A DNA stretch of 64,000 bases, taken from assembly GCA_963968885.1 (NCBI GenBank), contig CAXAGT010000002.1, positions 843 through 64,842 on the forward strand, written 5' to 3'. The stretch is from an uncultured Candidatus Poseidoniales archaeon (GTDB lineage Archaea > Thermoplasmatota > Poseidoniia > Poseidoniales > Poseidoniaceae). A program made the translations under genes and the position numbers. Numbering within the stretch: position 1 is the first letter of the stretch; every line of letters starts with the position of its first letter. The notes under the pieces were generated by a model that made no database searches, was not told the origin of the DNA, and saw only the letters and a list, made by a program, of their open reading frames with translations. This document shows, one piece after another, positions 55,741-64,000 of this stretch.

Positions 55741-57710
55741 ACACGAACAAACGACACCCTCTTGAAACCCCCTTGATTAGCATGGTTATGGTCGAAGACG
55801 ACTCTTCCGATGTATTGGAAGCGCTCCTTCTTGACCTACCTGATGAACCGGCACTACCATTCGAAGTTCAGATTGAAAAGAAAACAATCCAAAGAAAAGG
55901 AATCTTACAGATTACAGGAGTTACTATTGCAACCCTGATCGTGGTTTTTATCCTTACTTCTATAACAATTCAAAATCTTACTGTACCTGAAGAACCTGAA
56001 ATAGATTACTCTGAAATTTGGTGGGATACTCCACTAAACCAGAGGCATACCATGGACTTACCAATGGATACAATGAGGGCACAACTACCTGAAAATGGAA
56101 CCTATGAGCCTCTGCCTTACACTGAACACTTCGTGCAGGTGGATTTACCTGCAAGTGAAGAGGATGCTGGTTTCCCTGGCGAGGCTCTAATGCACGTTGC
56201 ACTTTGGTTGCCAGATGTCCCAGAGGGTACAAAAGTCCCTGTGATAATGACTATCCACCCCTACTACGATTTTGGTGGAGAAGGAATGCCGGGCCTCGGT
56301 GATGATTCTGATCCAAACACTGTCCCAGACGGTGGTGTAGGAAAGTGGGTGTATGATACATTTGTTCCACACGGATATGCATTAGCTCAAGCCAGTACCT
56401 TCGGCACTGGTAAATCGACACATTGTCAGGATGTCAAGGGACTAGGAGAGCAAGTTGGAATTCAAGCGGTTGTAGACTGGTTGGGTCAACAAAACTGGTC
56501 TAATGGCAATGTTGGTCTAATGGGTAAATCATATGCAGGAACAACAAATTGGGAAGCAGCGCAAAATCCAAGCCCTCATCTTAAGACAATAGTCCCAATT
56601 TCTGGCTCAATTGGAGTCCAAGAAATGTTCTATAGAAACGGCTCTTCAGAGGCTAGGGCATTCGGATACGATGCGGCTTACCAAGCAGCCACAGCTGATT
56701 TGACTCAGGATGATCTACGAGTGTGCTCAGATGACTTAGTAGGTCCCTTGAATCCCTTTACCACCTGGACTTGGGCTCAATATGGAGGAGCGGAATGGAA
56801 TGATTACTGGGACGAAAGAAGACATCTACCAGATGTGCTTGAAAACTATGAGGGCTCTGTTTACTTAGTTTGGGGGCTACAAGATTGGAATGTTGACCCA
56901 TATCATGCATTCCCAACATATCAATTATTGAGAAATGCTGGAATAAATGCAAAAGCAATTGCAGGACAATGGGCACATAATTATCCAGATCAACCAGATC
57001 GACACAGCACACTTTCAAGTGGTTACGGGGCTGAAGCATATCCTAACATGTCTAGAATGGATTGGGCTGTTGAATTATTTGATTGGTTCAGGTATTACTT
57101 GAAAGGTGAAGGTGAACAACCTGAAAATCATGTTCAGATCCAAACTAATGACGGGAAATGGCATGTCGAGGAAACCTGGCCGCCAGAAGACATGGAATGG
57201 TGGGACATCGGGCTTGATGCGGCAATAGAAGATGGGGGGAGAATTTCTGCTACTAGTTCAGTAACGCTAACGTTCTCACCACTTGAAGAGGACATTCATA
57301 TCTCAGGATTACCTACTTTGCATATTTATGCAAGGACAGGAACATGCGACGGTGGTCAAATTTTTGCTACCCTTTACGATGACGACCTCAGACTAGGTCA
57401 CGCTACAATGGACATCAGGTATAGAGACGGCGGATATGGTGCGAGGCAAGCAGTACCCCTTCAAAACTACCTTATGCTGATGGAGTTTAATCCACTTGAT
57501 GTCAGAGTAGATGCTGGCTCTAGCCTAAGATTAGAACTGACTGAAAGTGGCGAAGATTACGCTCCTAGCCCCTGCGCTGCAGTTGGTCTAGTCGTAGATG
57601 CTAACAACGAATCCATTTTTTCTCTACCATTAATCGACAGACCTGATGATCATGAAAACTGGTTCTTAGCACCTCCTTGGTGGGAACAACAACCAATTCC
57701 AGTACCATGA
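55737..57710 (+). CDS. Membrane-anchored X-Pro dipeptidyl-peptidase / CocE-NonD family (S15) hydrolase
   Basis: TM segment ILQITGVTIATLIVVFILTSITI. Nucleophile elbow GLMGKSYAGT (GxSxxG). Size and C-terminal beta-domain fit S15. Confidence 0.8.
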   Translation: MNTNKRHPLETPLISMVMVEDDSSDVLEALLLDLPDEPALPFEVQIEKKTIQRKGILQITGVTIATLIVVFILTSITIQNLTVPEEPEIDYSEIWWDTPLNQRHTMDLPMDTMRAQLPENGTYEPLPYTEHFVQVDLPASEEDAGFPGEALMHVALWLPDVPEGTKVPVIMTIHPYYDFGGEGMPGLGDDSDPNTVPDGGVGKWVYDTFVPHGYALAQASTFGTGKSTHCQDVKGLGEQVGIQAVVDWLGQQNWSNGNVGLMGKSYAGTTNWEAAQNPSPHLKTIVPISGSIGVQEMFYRNGSSEARAFGYDAAYQAATADLTQDDLRVCSDDLVGPLNPFTTWTWAQYGGAEWNDYWDERRHLPDVLENYEGSVYLVWGLQDWNVDPYHAFPTYQLLRNAGINAKAIAGQWAHNYPDQPDRHSTLSSGYGAEAYPNMSRMDWAVELFDWFRYYLKGEGEQPENHVQIQTNDGKWHVEETWPPEDMEWWDIGLDAAIEDGGRISATSSVTLTFSPLEEDIHISGLPTLHIYARTGTCDGGQIFATLYDDDLRLGHATMDIRYRDGGYGARQAVPLQNYLMLMEFNPLDVRVDAGSSLRLELTESGEDYAPSPCAAVGLVVDANNESIFSLPLIDRPDDHENWFLAPPWWEQQPIPVP

Positions 57711-58072
57711 AATCAAAATTGAGAGTAATGGCTTTCGAGGATGGTTATGACATCGAAGCCATTCTAATTTCAGGCGGAATAGACCTTACTGAAGTAGAAT
57801 TTATTCAAAACTGGGACACGTCACAAGCAATAGAACAAATTCGTGATTTCCAACCAAATATTCTGTTACTTGACTTCTACATCCCGCCAAAAAATGGTCT
57901 AGAGGTATTACTTGAAACTACAAAATTATGCAATTTAGGGGAACTAACTCGGCCAGATGTAATCGTTGGAATGTCGAGTGCAATGAGTAAAAACGAGGCT
58001 ATGCTATCTAATGGAGCAGATTATGGAATCTTGAAATGGGATATTGCAAAATTACCAATTTGGAATCACTGA
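57707..58072 (+). CDS. Single-domain CheY-like response regulator receiver
   Basis: MKSKLRVMAFEDG (acidic pair), ILLLDFYIPPKNG (phospho-acceptor Asp context), VGMSS and GILKW (conserved Lys). The ATG overlaps the upstream stop (ATGA). Confidence 0.75.
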   Translation: MKSKLRVMAFEDGYDIEAILISGGIDLTEVEFIQNWDTSQAIEQIRDFQPNILLLDFYIPPKNGLEVLLETTKLCNLGELTRPDVIVGMSSAMSKNEAMLSNGADYGILKWDIAKLPIWNH

Positions 58073-58758
58073 CCGTGGAATTCCCAGTCTGCACCAGGAT
58101 CTCTAAACCACCAATTTCCATCTTCATCTTCCCACCATTCTACTCCGTCTTCATCAACAACAATTTCATCATCGTTGTCTGATGCATTAGGATCAACTAA
58201 TCCAGATTCTTCAGCGATTTTCGCCTTCACATCGTCTACGTCGTCCGTAACGTCAGCAAAAACCCTGTTTTGTGTTCTAATCTCTCTGTAATGATCGCCT
58301 GCTCTGACCGCTTCATCTGAATCTTCATAGAAATCAGCAGCCATTTTACTCTTGAAATCATCAAACTCTTGTTTACCGAATGTTCCTAAGAATTCATCTC
58401 CGCCTGCTCTCATGAGGTCATCAAGATTCTTCCTTTTGCCGAGTTTCAACTCAGGTGCATCTGGCATGTCGCTATCATAAAACTCATCCACATCATCGGT
58501 TAATTTTGGCCAAGACCTTTCGTTTGGGTCGACCTCTTCGATTGCTTCAATTAAGAGGTCGTGTTCTTCCTCATCAATACCCTCATCCTCGTAATTTTGG
58601 CGAATTACGTCTACCAATTTGTTTAATTGACGAGCTAATTTTTTATCGTCATCTTCATTTTCATCAACTAGTTTGTCAATTTGATTATTTAGACGCTCAT
58701 AAGGCGTTCCAGTCAGGGCGCCGAGGAACCGACTAAACCCACTTTTCTTTCTCGCCAT
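58066..58758 (-). CDS. Highly acidic hypothetical protein with a Trp-rich C-terminal motif
   Basis: Starts MARKKSGFSRFLGALTG and is very D/E-rich. It ends VDEDGVEWWEDEDGNWWFRDPGADWEFHGQ. No family recognised. Confidence 0.6.
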   Translation of the reverse strand: MARKKSGFSRFLGALTGTPYERLNNQIDKLVDENEDDDKKLARQLNKLVDVIRQNYEDEGIDEEEHDLLIEAIEEVDPNERSWPKLTDDVDEFYDSDMPDAPELKLGKRKNLDDLMRAGGDEFLGTFGKQEFDDFKSKMAADFYEDSDEAVRAGDHYREIRTQNRVFADVTDDVDDVKAKIAEESGLVDPNASDNDDEIVVDEDGVEWWEDEDGNWWFRDPGADWEFHGQ

Positions 58759-58848
58759 GATAAATCATGCATGATGAGTATATTCAAAGTTTAGCCCAGC
58801 AGGTGTAAAAAAAACCGAAAAAAACGCTTCTTTTGAAAAGCCAATTAT

Positions 58849-59616
58849 GTGAATTATGGATTAACCCTTGTGCGGATGTTTGAAGTAATTCATACGCTTA
58901 GATTCAATTGCATGGTCGAGGAGTGGTTGGTTGACCTCATGCGCGGATACAATAAGACATCTTTAGAGAGTAAAAATGACTACGCTGCAGTAGTTTTCAT
59001 TGACGGGAAACTTCTAAACCAATTAATTTTAGATGGCTTGAAAGCCCTACCAGACGAAATATTGGTAGGATTAGACTACAACTCAGAAAGAGAAATTCAT
59101 GAATCCTTCCTAGCTGAATTTGCAGGAAATGAATATGCAGACAACCTATTTGCCGGTCAGAAATACATAATCGATGAGGCTATGATTGTGAATAGAGGCG
59201 ATTCATATTCAGTTCATCATCTGCCTGAGGATTGGACTGATGACATGTTCAGTGCAACTAGAGGATCTAGACGTTCAAGATTTACTCACTTCCTTCACAC
59301 ACACCCTAATGCACCTGCAATTCCGAGTCATGCAGATGCAGATGCAGCGCAAGAAACTCCTGGGGTTGATATGATCCTTGGTTTGCGATTTTCACCAGAA
59401 GGCCCTCTACCGTGGTTTGACGATGTAGAGGGAAGAAGGAGATCTTTCGCAGATGCTGAAGCCAGAACTAAGGGAGGTTTGTTTTCAAGAAGGCCTCCTG
59501 TAATTGGGAGAGCTCCTACTGGGCATTTCATTCATGACATTCAATTAATCGCTTTCCACAAAAGAGGATTCGGTGTAAATATCGTTTTAGTCGATGAGAA
59601 CGATATTCCGTACTGA
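58849..59616 (+). CDS. JAMM/MPN+ family metalloprotease-like protein (start possibly ATG at 58876 or 58912)
   Basis: HTHPNAPAIPSHAD (59296..59337) fits H-x-H-x7-S-x2-D exactly. The upstream candidate catalytic Glu lies in PDEILVGL. Confidence 0.7.
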   Translation: MNYGLTLVRMFEVIHTLRFNCMVEEWLVDLMRGYNKTSLESKNDYAAVVFIDGKLLNQLILDGLKALPDEILVGLDYNSEREIHESFLAEFAGNEYADNLFAGQKYIIDEAMIVNRGDSYSVHHLPEDWTDDMFSATRGSRRSRFTHFLHTHPNAPAIPSHADADAAQETPGVDMILGLRFSPEGPLPWFDDVEGRRRSFADAEARTKGGLFSRRPPVIGRAPTGHFIHDIQLIAFHKRGFGVNIVLVDENDIPY

Positions 59617-59622
59617 CTTGAA

Positions 59623-61647
59623 TCAAACTGGGATACCCTGTTTGCTCCATCCACGCAATCGATAGTATTCTGATAGACAATTCTCTTCATCATCATCGTC
59701 TACAAAAGATACCATTCCAGCAGCAATCCCCGTAGGTAAGGGCTCTTTACGGAGCCTCCATGACAGTCTGTCTTGGTCTCTTGGATTCTTGTTTAACCTT
59801 AGCCAGTGGTCACAATTCCATCTCCTTGCCTGATCCCATTGTTTTGATGCTTTTTCTAGTAAGTCCGACCATTCAGCACTATCACCGGTAATAGAATTCC
59901 AAGCCTGTGTCATCACAGAGTCGGGCGTTGCTCCTTTCGCAAAGGCACATAGTATCATTGAATCTCTAATAACGATAGAGTTCTGACTAGAAATGAGCTC
60001 GGGCATAAGGTCAACAGCGCTTGAGTTTGGTAACCCAGTTGGAATTTTGTACCCCGCACGCATGTGTGAAGCACCTACATTCGCAGTCATGTATGCCATA
60101 CCATTTCCTCTAAGCCCTCTAGGATCCCATGCTGGCAAGTCTAAGCCTTTCGAGTGGGCTGTAAGCCTAGTTGCAGGATATCCAGTTAACTTTTCCACAT
60201 ACCTTGCACAAGCAACTGCTCCTCCAGCAAGAGAACCAAACAAAGTTCCATCGCCCAATGTTGATTGGCCTAATAGATGAATAGCAAATGGCGGCAACTC
60301 TGGAATTCCAAACTCCCAATTGACTAATTCTCCTTTCTTGTAATTTCCAAAATCAAAAGGTGCATGGAAATGATTTGCCCAATCTTTTGGAAGCCAATCT
60401 CGGGCATTTAATTCACAGATTAGTGATAGAGCTGCTCCAGCTGAAATCGTATCTATTCCAACCTTGTTACAAGCATCATTACCATCCATTACATGGATAC
60501 TGGATCCTATTCCTAAATTAGAGCCAAGCAAAGCAAGAGTCTCATATTCAGGTCTATCCATTCTTTCAGTATACTGTGGTTTTCCTCTAACTCCCTCAAT
60601 TCTATCACTCGCTTCACACGCTATTGGACAGGGTGCGCAACAACCGGACTGTTTTGCATTGGGCAATTGTTCATGCCAGTGTTCTCCACTGAGTTCCACG
60701 GGATCAATTTCTAGCATTACTTCCAATTGTTTGTCAGGACTTCCTCCTTGTCCGCCGCCCACTTTCAACTGACTTAGTTCTGGTATCTTTCCATCTGTGG
60801 AGGAGTAATTTCCTGTCGGCATCCTATTTGTCGAAGAAGCATAAATTGGGCCTCTACTAGTTCCAAATGAATAGAATGGATCACCGACTTTTCTGCGCGA
60901 GCCCATTTCTTTTCTTTGCTTCCCTATTGCATCTTTTAGAGAAAATTCATCAGACCATTTTACTAATTTCTTTGCTTCCGCAGATACCTTTACAGTGAAA
61001 CATTTCAGATTTTTAAAGCCAAATGATGCTCCAGTTCCGCCTCTTCCAGCTGCCCTCCTACCATCGGTTAATGGGCTTGCAATTCTAACATGATTTTCTC
61101 CTGCGGGACCTATAGATACGCATTTACCATGTTCGTGTAGAGTTTTTTCTACCTCCCAAGTAGTCATTCCGGACATATGGCTGGCATCCTCAATTGTAGC
61201 GATATCATCCTCTATTTTCAACCAAGAAAGTGTATCTGATCTTCCCGTAATGAACAAACCATCCCAGCCTGCTCTTCGCAAGTCATGACCGACATCTCCA
61301 CCTATGTATGTATCAATATACAAATCAGTCAGTGGTGAACGAGTAACGACCACTGCTCTGCCAGAAGACCCAATCTTACTCGCTTGGTAAGGACCTGTCA
61401 TGAACAGTAAAGGTGTTGTCGGATGTCTGGCAACATCAGAGTCACCATCTAGTGGATGTTCCAATTTCATAGCCTTAGAATAATCTGTTGTATCCCATTC
61501 CACCAATAATTTGGTTGCTAGAGATTTTCCCCCCATTGTTTGCATCAACCAATCGTGAGGAATTTCTTTTGATTGACATGTACCTTTGGTAAGATTGACC
61601 CAAAGCACTCTGCCAGGAAATCCATTAAACCTCCATTCCGATGACAT
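59623..61647 (-). CDS. aor: Aldehyde:ferredoxin oxidoreductase (tungstopterin enzyme family)
   Basis: N-terminal GFPGRVLWVNLTKG, [4Fe-4S] Cys cluster CCAPCPIACE, 674 aa, AOR-like throughout. Confidence 0.92.
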   Translation of the reverse strand: MSSEWRFNGFPGRVLWVNLTKGTCQSKEIPHDWLMQTMGGKSLATKLLVEWDTTDYSKAMKLEHPLDGDSDVARHPTTPLLFMTGPYQASKIGSSGRAVVVTRSPLTDLYIDTYIGGDVGHDLRRAGWDGLFITGRSDTLSWLKIEDDIATIEDASHMSGMTTWEVEKTLHEHGKCVSIGPAGENHVRIASPLTDGRRAAGRGGTGASFGFKNLKCFTVKVSAEAKKLVKWSDEFSLKDAIGKQRKEMGSRRKVGDPFYSFGTSRGPIYASSTNRMPTGNYSSTDGKIPELSQLKVGGGQGGSPDKQLEVMLEIDPVELSGEHWHEQLPNAKQSGCCAPCPIACEASDRIEGVRGKPQYTERMDRPEYETLALLGSNLGIGSSIHVMDGNDACNKVGIDTISAGAALSLICELNARDWLPKDWANHFHAPFDFGNYKKGELVNWEFGIPELPPFAIHLLGQSTLGDGTLFGSLAGGAVACARYVEKLTGYPATRLTAHSKGLDLPAWDPRGLRGNGMAYMTANVGASHMRAGYKIPTGLPNSSAVDLMPELISSQNSIVIRDSMILCAFAKGATPDSVMTQAWNSITGDSAEWSDLLEKASKQWDQARRWNCDHWLRLNKNPRDQDRLSWRLRKEPLPTGIAAGMVSFVDDDDEENCLSEYYRLRGWSKQGIPV

Positions 61648-61656
61648 TTTCTCAAC

Positions 61657-62403
61657 TCAAAATTCATGCAATCTTTTCCAACCATCGCTCCACTCATAGA
61701 CTATTGGGGAGCCTGTAGGGACTTCTAACTGAAGTACTTCTTCCCTTGTTAGACCCTCTATTTCCATAATTATTGAACGCAATGAATTTCCGTGTGCTGC
61801 AATGAAAATATTCTTTCCATCTCTGAGTCCGGGGATTATTGTATCCTCTAAGTAAGGAAGAGTTCGCTTTGCCGTTAATTCAAGAGATTCCCCATTAGGA
61901 GGTGGAACATCGTATGATCTTCTCCAAATATGGACTTGTTCATCTCCGTATTTTTCTCTAGTAGCATCTTTGTTTAGACCCTGAAGGTCACCGTACATCC
62001 TTTCATTGAGTTGCCATGATGTGAATACAGGTATGTGAGATTCTGTTGAATCTTTCCCTCTTGGACTAGCCCAATCAATCATCTTAGCCTCATTTTCACT
62101 TACACTGTCGATTCCTTCAGGAGGCATTGGATATTGGAATACTGGAGTCTTGCCGCTGGAGTGTTGGGCTAGAGCAAGCATTGCAGTCATTTGTGCTCTG
62201 ATGAGTGTAGAGACATGTGCTTCATTTATCTCAAGGTGTGAAATTGACTTCCCGCCTGAAATTGCTTCCTCAATACCTTTGTTGGTAAGAGGTACATCGA
62301 CCCATCCTGTGAATAACTTCGAGGCATTCCACATCGACTGCCCATGCCTCATCAAAATTAGCAAAGCCATCCTTTCACCGGTTTGGCTAGGCAAATAAGA
62401 CAA
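61657..62403 (-). CDS. gpmA: 2,3-bisphosphoglycerate-dependent phosphoglycerate mutase (likely start ATG at 62370)
   Basis: LILMRHGQSMWN (RHGxSxWN), FTGWVDVPLT and AAHGNSLR. The track start is a TTG; MALLILMRHG matches the usual N-terminus. Confidence 0.92.
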   Translation of the reverse strand: MSYLPSQTGERMALLILMRHGQSMWNASKLFTGWVDVPLTNKGIEEAISGGKSISHLEINEAHVSTLIRAQMTAMLALAQHSSGKTPVFQYPMPPEGIDSVSENEAKMIDWASPRGKDSTESHIPVFTSWQLNERMYGDLQGLNKDATREKYGDEQVHIWRRSYDVPPPNGESLELTAKRTLPYLEDTIIPGLRDGKNIFIAAHGNSLRSIIMEIEGLTREEVLQLEVPTGSPIVYEWSDGWKRLHEF

Positions 62404-62415
62404 ATGAACCTATGC

Positions 62416-63345
62416 TCATAGAAATTGAGGCAGGATAGCCAATAAAACAATTGGTAGAGCGCCCATGAATGTATCTTTGAAGAATGTATTCAACAGAGTT
62501 TTCCAGCGATCCTCATAGATTTTGTCAAACTCCCTTTGCATTCTATCATCGATATAATCAGAAAATCTTCCGGCACCTATTTTTGCTAGCTCTAACGCTG
62601 AACCAAGGGCTATAGCACCTGCTAGTCCCTGTGGGGTTAGCTTCCTTGCCATCAGAGCACGCCCAGCCCAAATCTGAAGAGATCTCATGCTTATTTTTTT
62701 GCCGGATTCTTTAATCAATCCCTCTCTCTCTTCCTTTCTTTGCTGGACAACTTCTTCTACAGTTTTCTTCTTGAATAATCCTTTTCTTTTGGTTACAGTA
62801 ACTTCCTCTGTCACAACTGTGGTTGGGGCTTTCTCATCCCGACCACTGAATTTTCGAAGCATTCTTCTAGCACCTAAACCAATATCAGCATATTTTTTCA
62901 ACCTATCAACATCTTGTCGATTAATGGTTACTAGCATAGCCCTTACCTGATTGATTCTCATAGCATCAAATGCTATCCAAATGAACAATGCACCAATTAA
63001 TATCGTACCACCAAGCAATGACACCTCAGACCAAGTTTGCCATCCGACTGGATTAATGAATGTGCGAATAGAAAGAACGAACAATGGTGGTAAAACCACT
63101 GCTATTATCTCTGTAGATGCAAGAACTCCTATGCCCTTGATGGGTAATTCAAAAAATTGTTTGACAAGCCATTTTCTGTGTGGACTCAATTGCCTTGTTA
63201 CTTTGATGAAGGGCCTAATCAAAAAGCAAATTCTTAGAATCATTGGGATCCAAATAACGATCAATACATACGCTGCCCAAGGCCCCTCAGGAGGGAATTC
63301 CGGAATGCTTATCGGCGTTACCACAGTTAGTCTGATAACCATCAT
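62416..63345 (-). CDS. Hypothetical polytopic membrane protein with a Lys/Glu-rich cytoplasmic loop
   Basis: 309-aa ORF with several hydrophobic segments plus KRKGLFKKKTVEEVVQQRKEEREGL. The antisense ORF 62951..63391 is less protein-like. Confidence 0.6.
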   Translation of the reverse strand: MMVIRLTVVTPISIPEFPPEGPWAAYVLIVIWIPMILRICFLIRPFIKVTRQLSPHRKWLVKQFFELPIKGIGVLASTEIIAVVLPPLFVLSIRTFINPVGWQTWSEVSLLGGTILIGALFIWIAFDAMRINQVRAMLVTINRQDVDRLKKYADIGLGARRMLRKFSGRDEKAPTTVVTEEVTVTKRKGLFKKKTVEEVVQQRKEEREGLIKESGKKISMRSLQIWAGRALMARKLTPQGLAGAIALGSALELAKIGAGRFSDYIDDRMQREFDKIYEDRWKTLLNTFFKDTFMGALPIVLLAILPQFL

Positions 63346-63411
63346 GCAAATGAATCAAACGGTATTTGAGGAATCAAAAGGTATGTTATAGGGAACCATT
63401 TACCCATCCAT

Positions 63412-63774
63412 ATGGTGTTTACACACAACATGGCAGATTGGCTCGGATTTAATGTAGACAAAGAATGGTTGGAAGAAAACATCCGTTGGAAGGATTTCGG
63501 GACCGGAGTTAGGTTAGGAAGGCTATATCGCGAGGATGCATGCTCTCTTGTTCTGTATGAAGCGGACTCAGAGGTTGAAGTCGATGCTTTCATGCCCCAT
63601 TCTCACCCTGGTGGAGAAGCTTACATTGTTCTAGAAGGTGAGGTTTGGGATGAAGACGGTACATATCCTACTGGTTCATTGGTCTGGATGAATCGAAACA
63701 CAACTCATACTCCAAGAACACGTGGAAAAACCTTGATTCTCGTCCTCTGGCCTGAGGGTGTTAAGTCAGCTTGA
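63412..63774 (+). CDS. ChrR-like cupin domain protein
   Basis: PHSHPGGEAYIVLEGEVWDEDGTYPTGSLVWMNRNTTHTP resembles the ChrR/Cupin_7 pattern (H.H.GGEE..VLeG.f.De.G.Y..G.....P.gs.H.p). Confidence 0.7.
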   Translation: MVFTHNMADWLGFNVDKEWLEENIRWKDFGTGVRLGRLYREDACSLVLYEADSEVEVDAFMPHSHPGGEAYIVLEGEVWDEDGTYPTGSLVWMNRNTTHTPRTRGKTLILVLWPEGVKSA

Positions 63775-64000
63775 TTCTTCCTCTTTTGGAAGTTTTCCAG
63801 CAAATCGCTCATCATCGATCAGTCGATCGAAATATAATGTTCCACCTGGGATGGATGCTGCCATTCCGCCGAAGAAGAAACCTTTGAAGTTCCAGACAGA
63901 ACCTAAACCTAGCAAGAATACCATACAGTATGTAATGTATAAGAATCCATGAATTGGCCCTAGAATGGTAACTCCATGCTCATATCCAAGCAGATACTTA
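63766..64000 (-). CDS. DUF3817-like integral membrane protein, N-terminus beyond the window edge
   Basis: Minus frame is open from the window end to the TGA at 63768-63766. Translation: KYLLGYEHGVTILGPIHGFLYITYCMVFLLGLGSVWNFKGFFFGGMAASIPGGTLYFDRLIDDERFAGKLPKEEESS. GPxHGxxFxxY and iPfgT resemble DUF3817. Confidence 0.62.
   Translation of the reverse strand, partial: KYLLGYEHGVTILGPIHGFLYITYCMVFLLGLGSVWNFKGFFFGGMAASIPGGTLYFDRLIDDERFAGKLPKEEESS

Noticed and set aside
58771-58777. C-box-like ATGATGA in the spacer between the acidic-protein and JAMM genes (possible C/D box sRNA)
   Set aside because: There is no D box (CTGA) at a suitable distance and no terminal stem. It is most likely promoter or leader sequence.

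Overview
Gene-dense window (about 45 protein genes, 2 tRNAs, most intergenic spacers under 180 nt) that looks like a streamlined planktonic archaeon. Evidence for this: a tRNA-Gln with an A1:U72 AGUCCC acceptor stem, no encoded CCA, two-subunit 2-oxoacid:ferredoxin oxidoreductase, tungsten-type aldehyde:ferredoxin oxidoreductase, Trm5/Taw2, an NFACT protein and stand-alone Lrp/RAM domains, mixed with bacterial-type genes (UvrC, RNase PH, thiolase, dPGM). The gene content reminds me of Marine Group II/Poseidoniales; that is an inference from memory and I cannot verify it here. Housekeeping content: aconitase, KorAB, thiolase, PyrC-like, MogA, TPK, GpmA, AOR, and peptidases M32, M29 and S15. I found no rRNA, CRISPR array, transposase or integrase. 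The accessory content is four very large minus-strand genes for single-pass cell-surface proteins (1..5715 truncated, 30404..36673, 40536..45317, 49959..53111), together about 31 percent of the window by coordinate arithmetic. With them sit two glycosyltransferases and two membrane-tethered extracytoplasmic cyclophilins. My best candidate for an undescribed system is the tightly coupled pair 30404..36673 and 28735..30396. The first is a giant protein with seven FG-GAP blades, roughly twenty thrombospondin type-3 repeats, a TM helix and a 208-aa acidic/proline-rich cytoplasmic tail. The second is a cytoplasmic protein with an EF-hand pair, a Q/N-rich prion-like tract and a zinc ribbon. Other candidates: a wHTH-NB-ARC-helical-repeat STAND ATPase next to two RAM-domain genes, a membrane protein/S15 peptidase/orphan CheY operon, a divergent JAMM protease, and a DUF2135-like membrane protein. 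All domain calls rest on motif recognition by eye. No database search was run.
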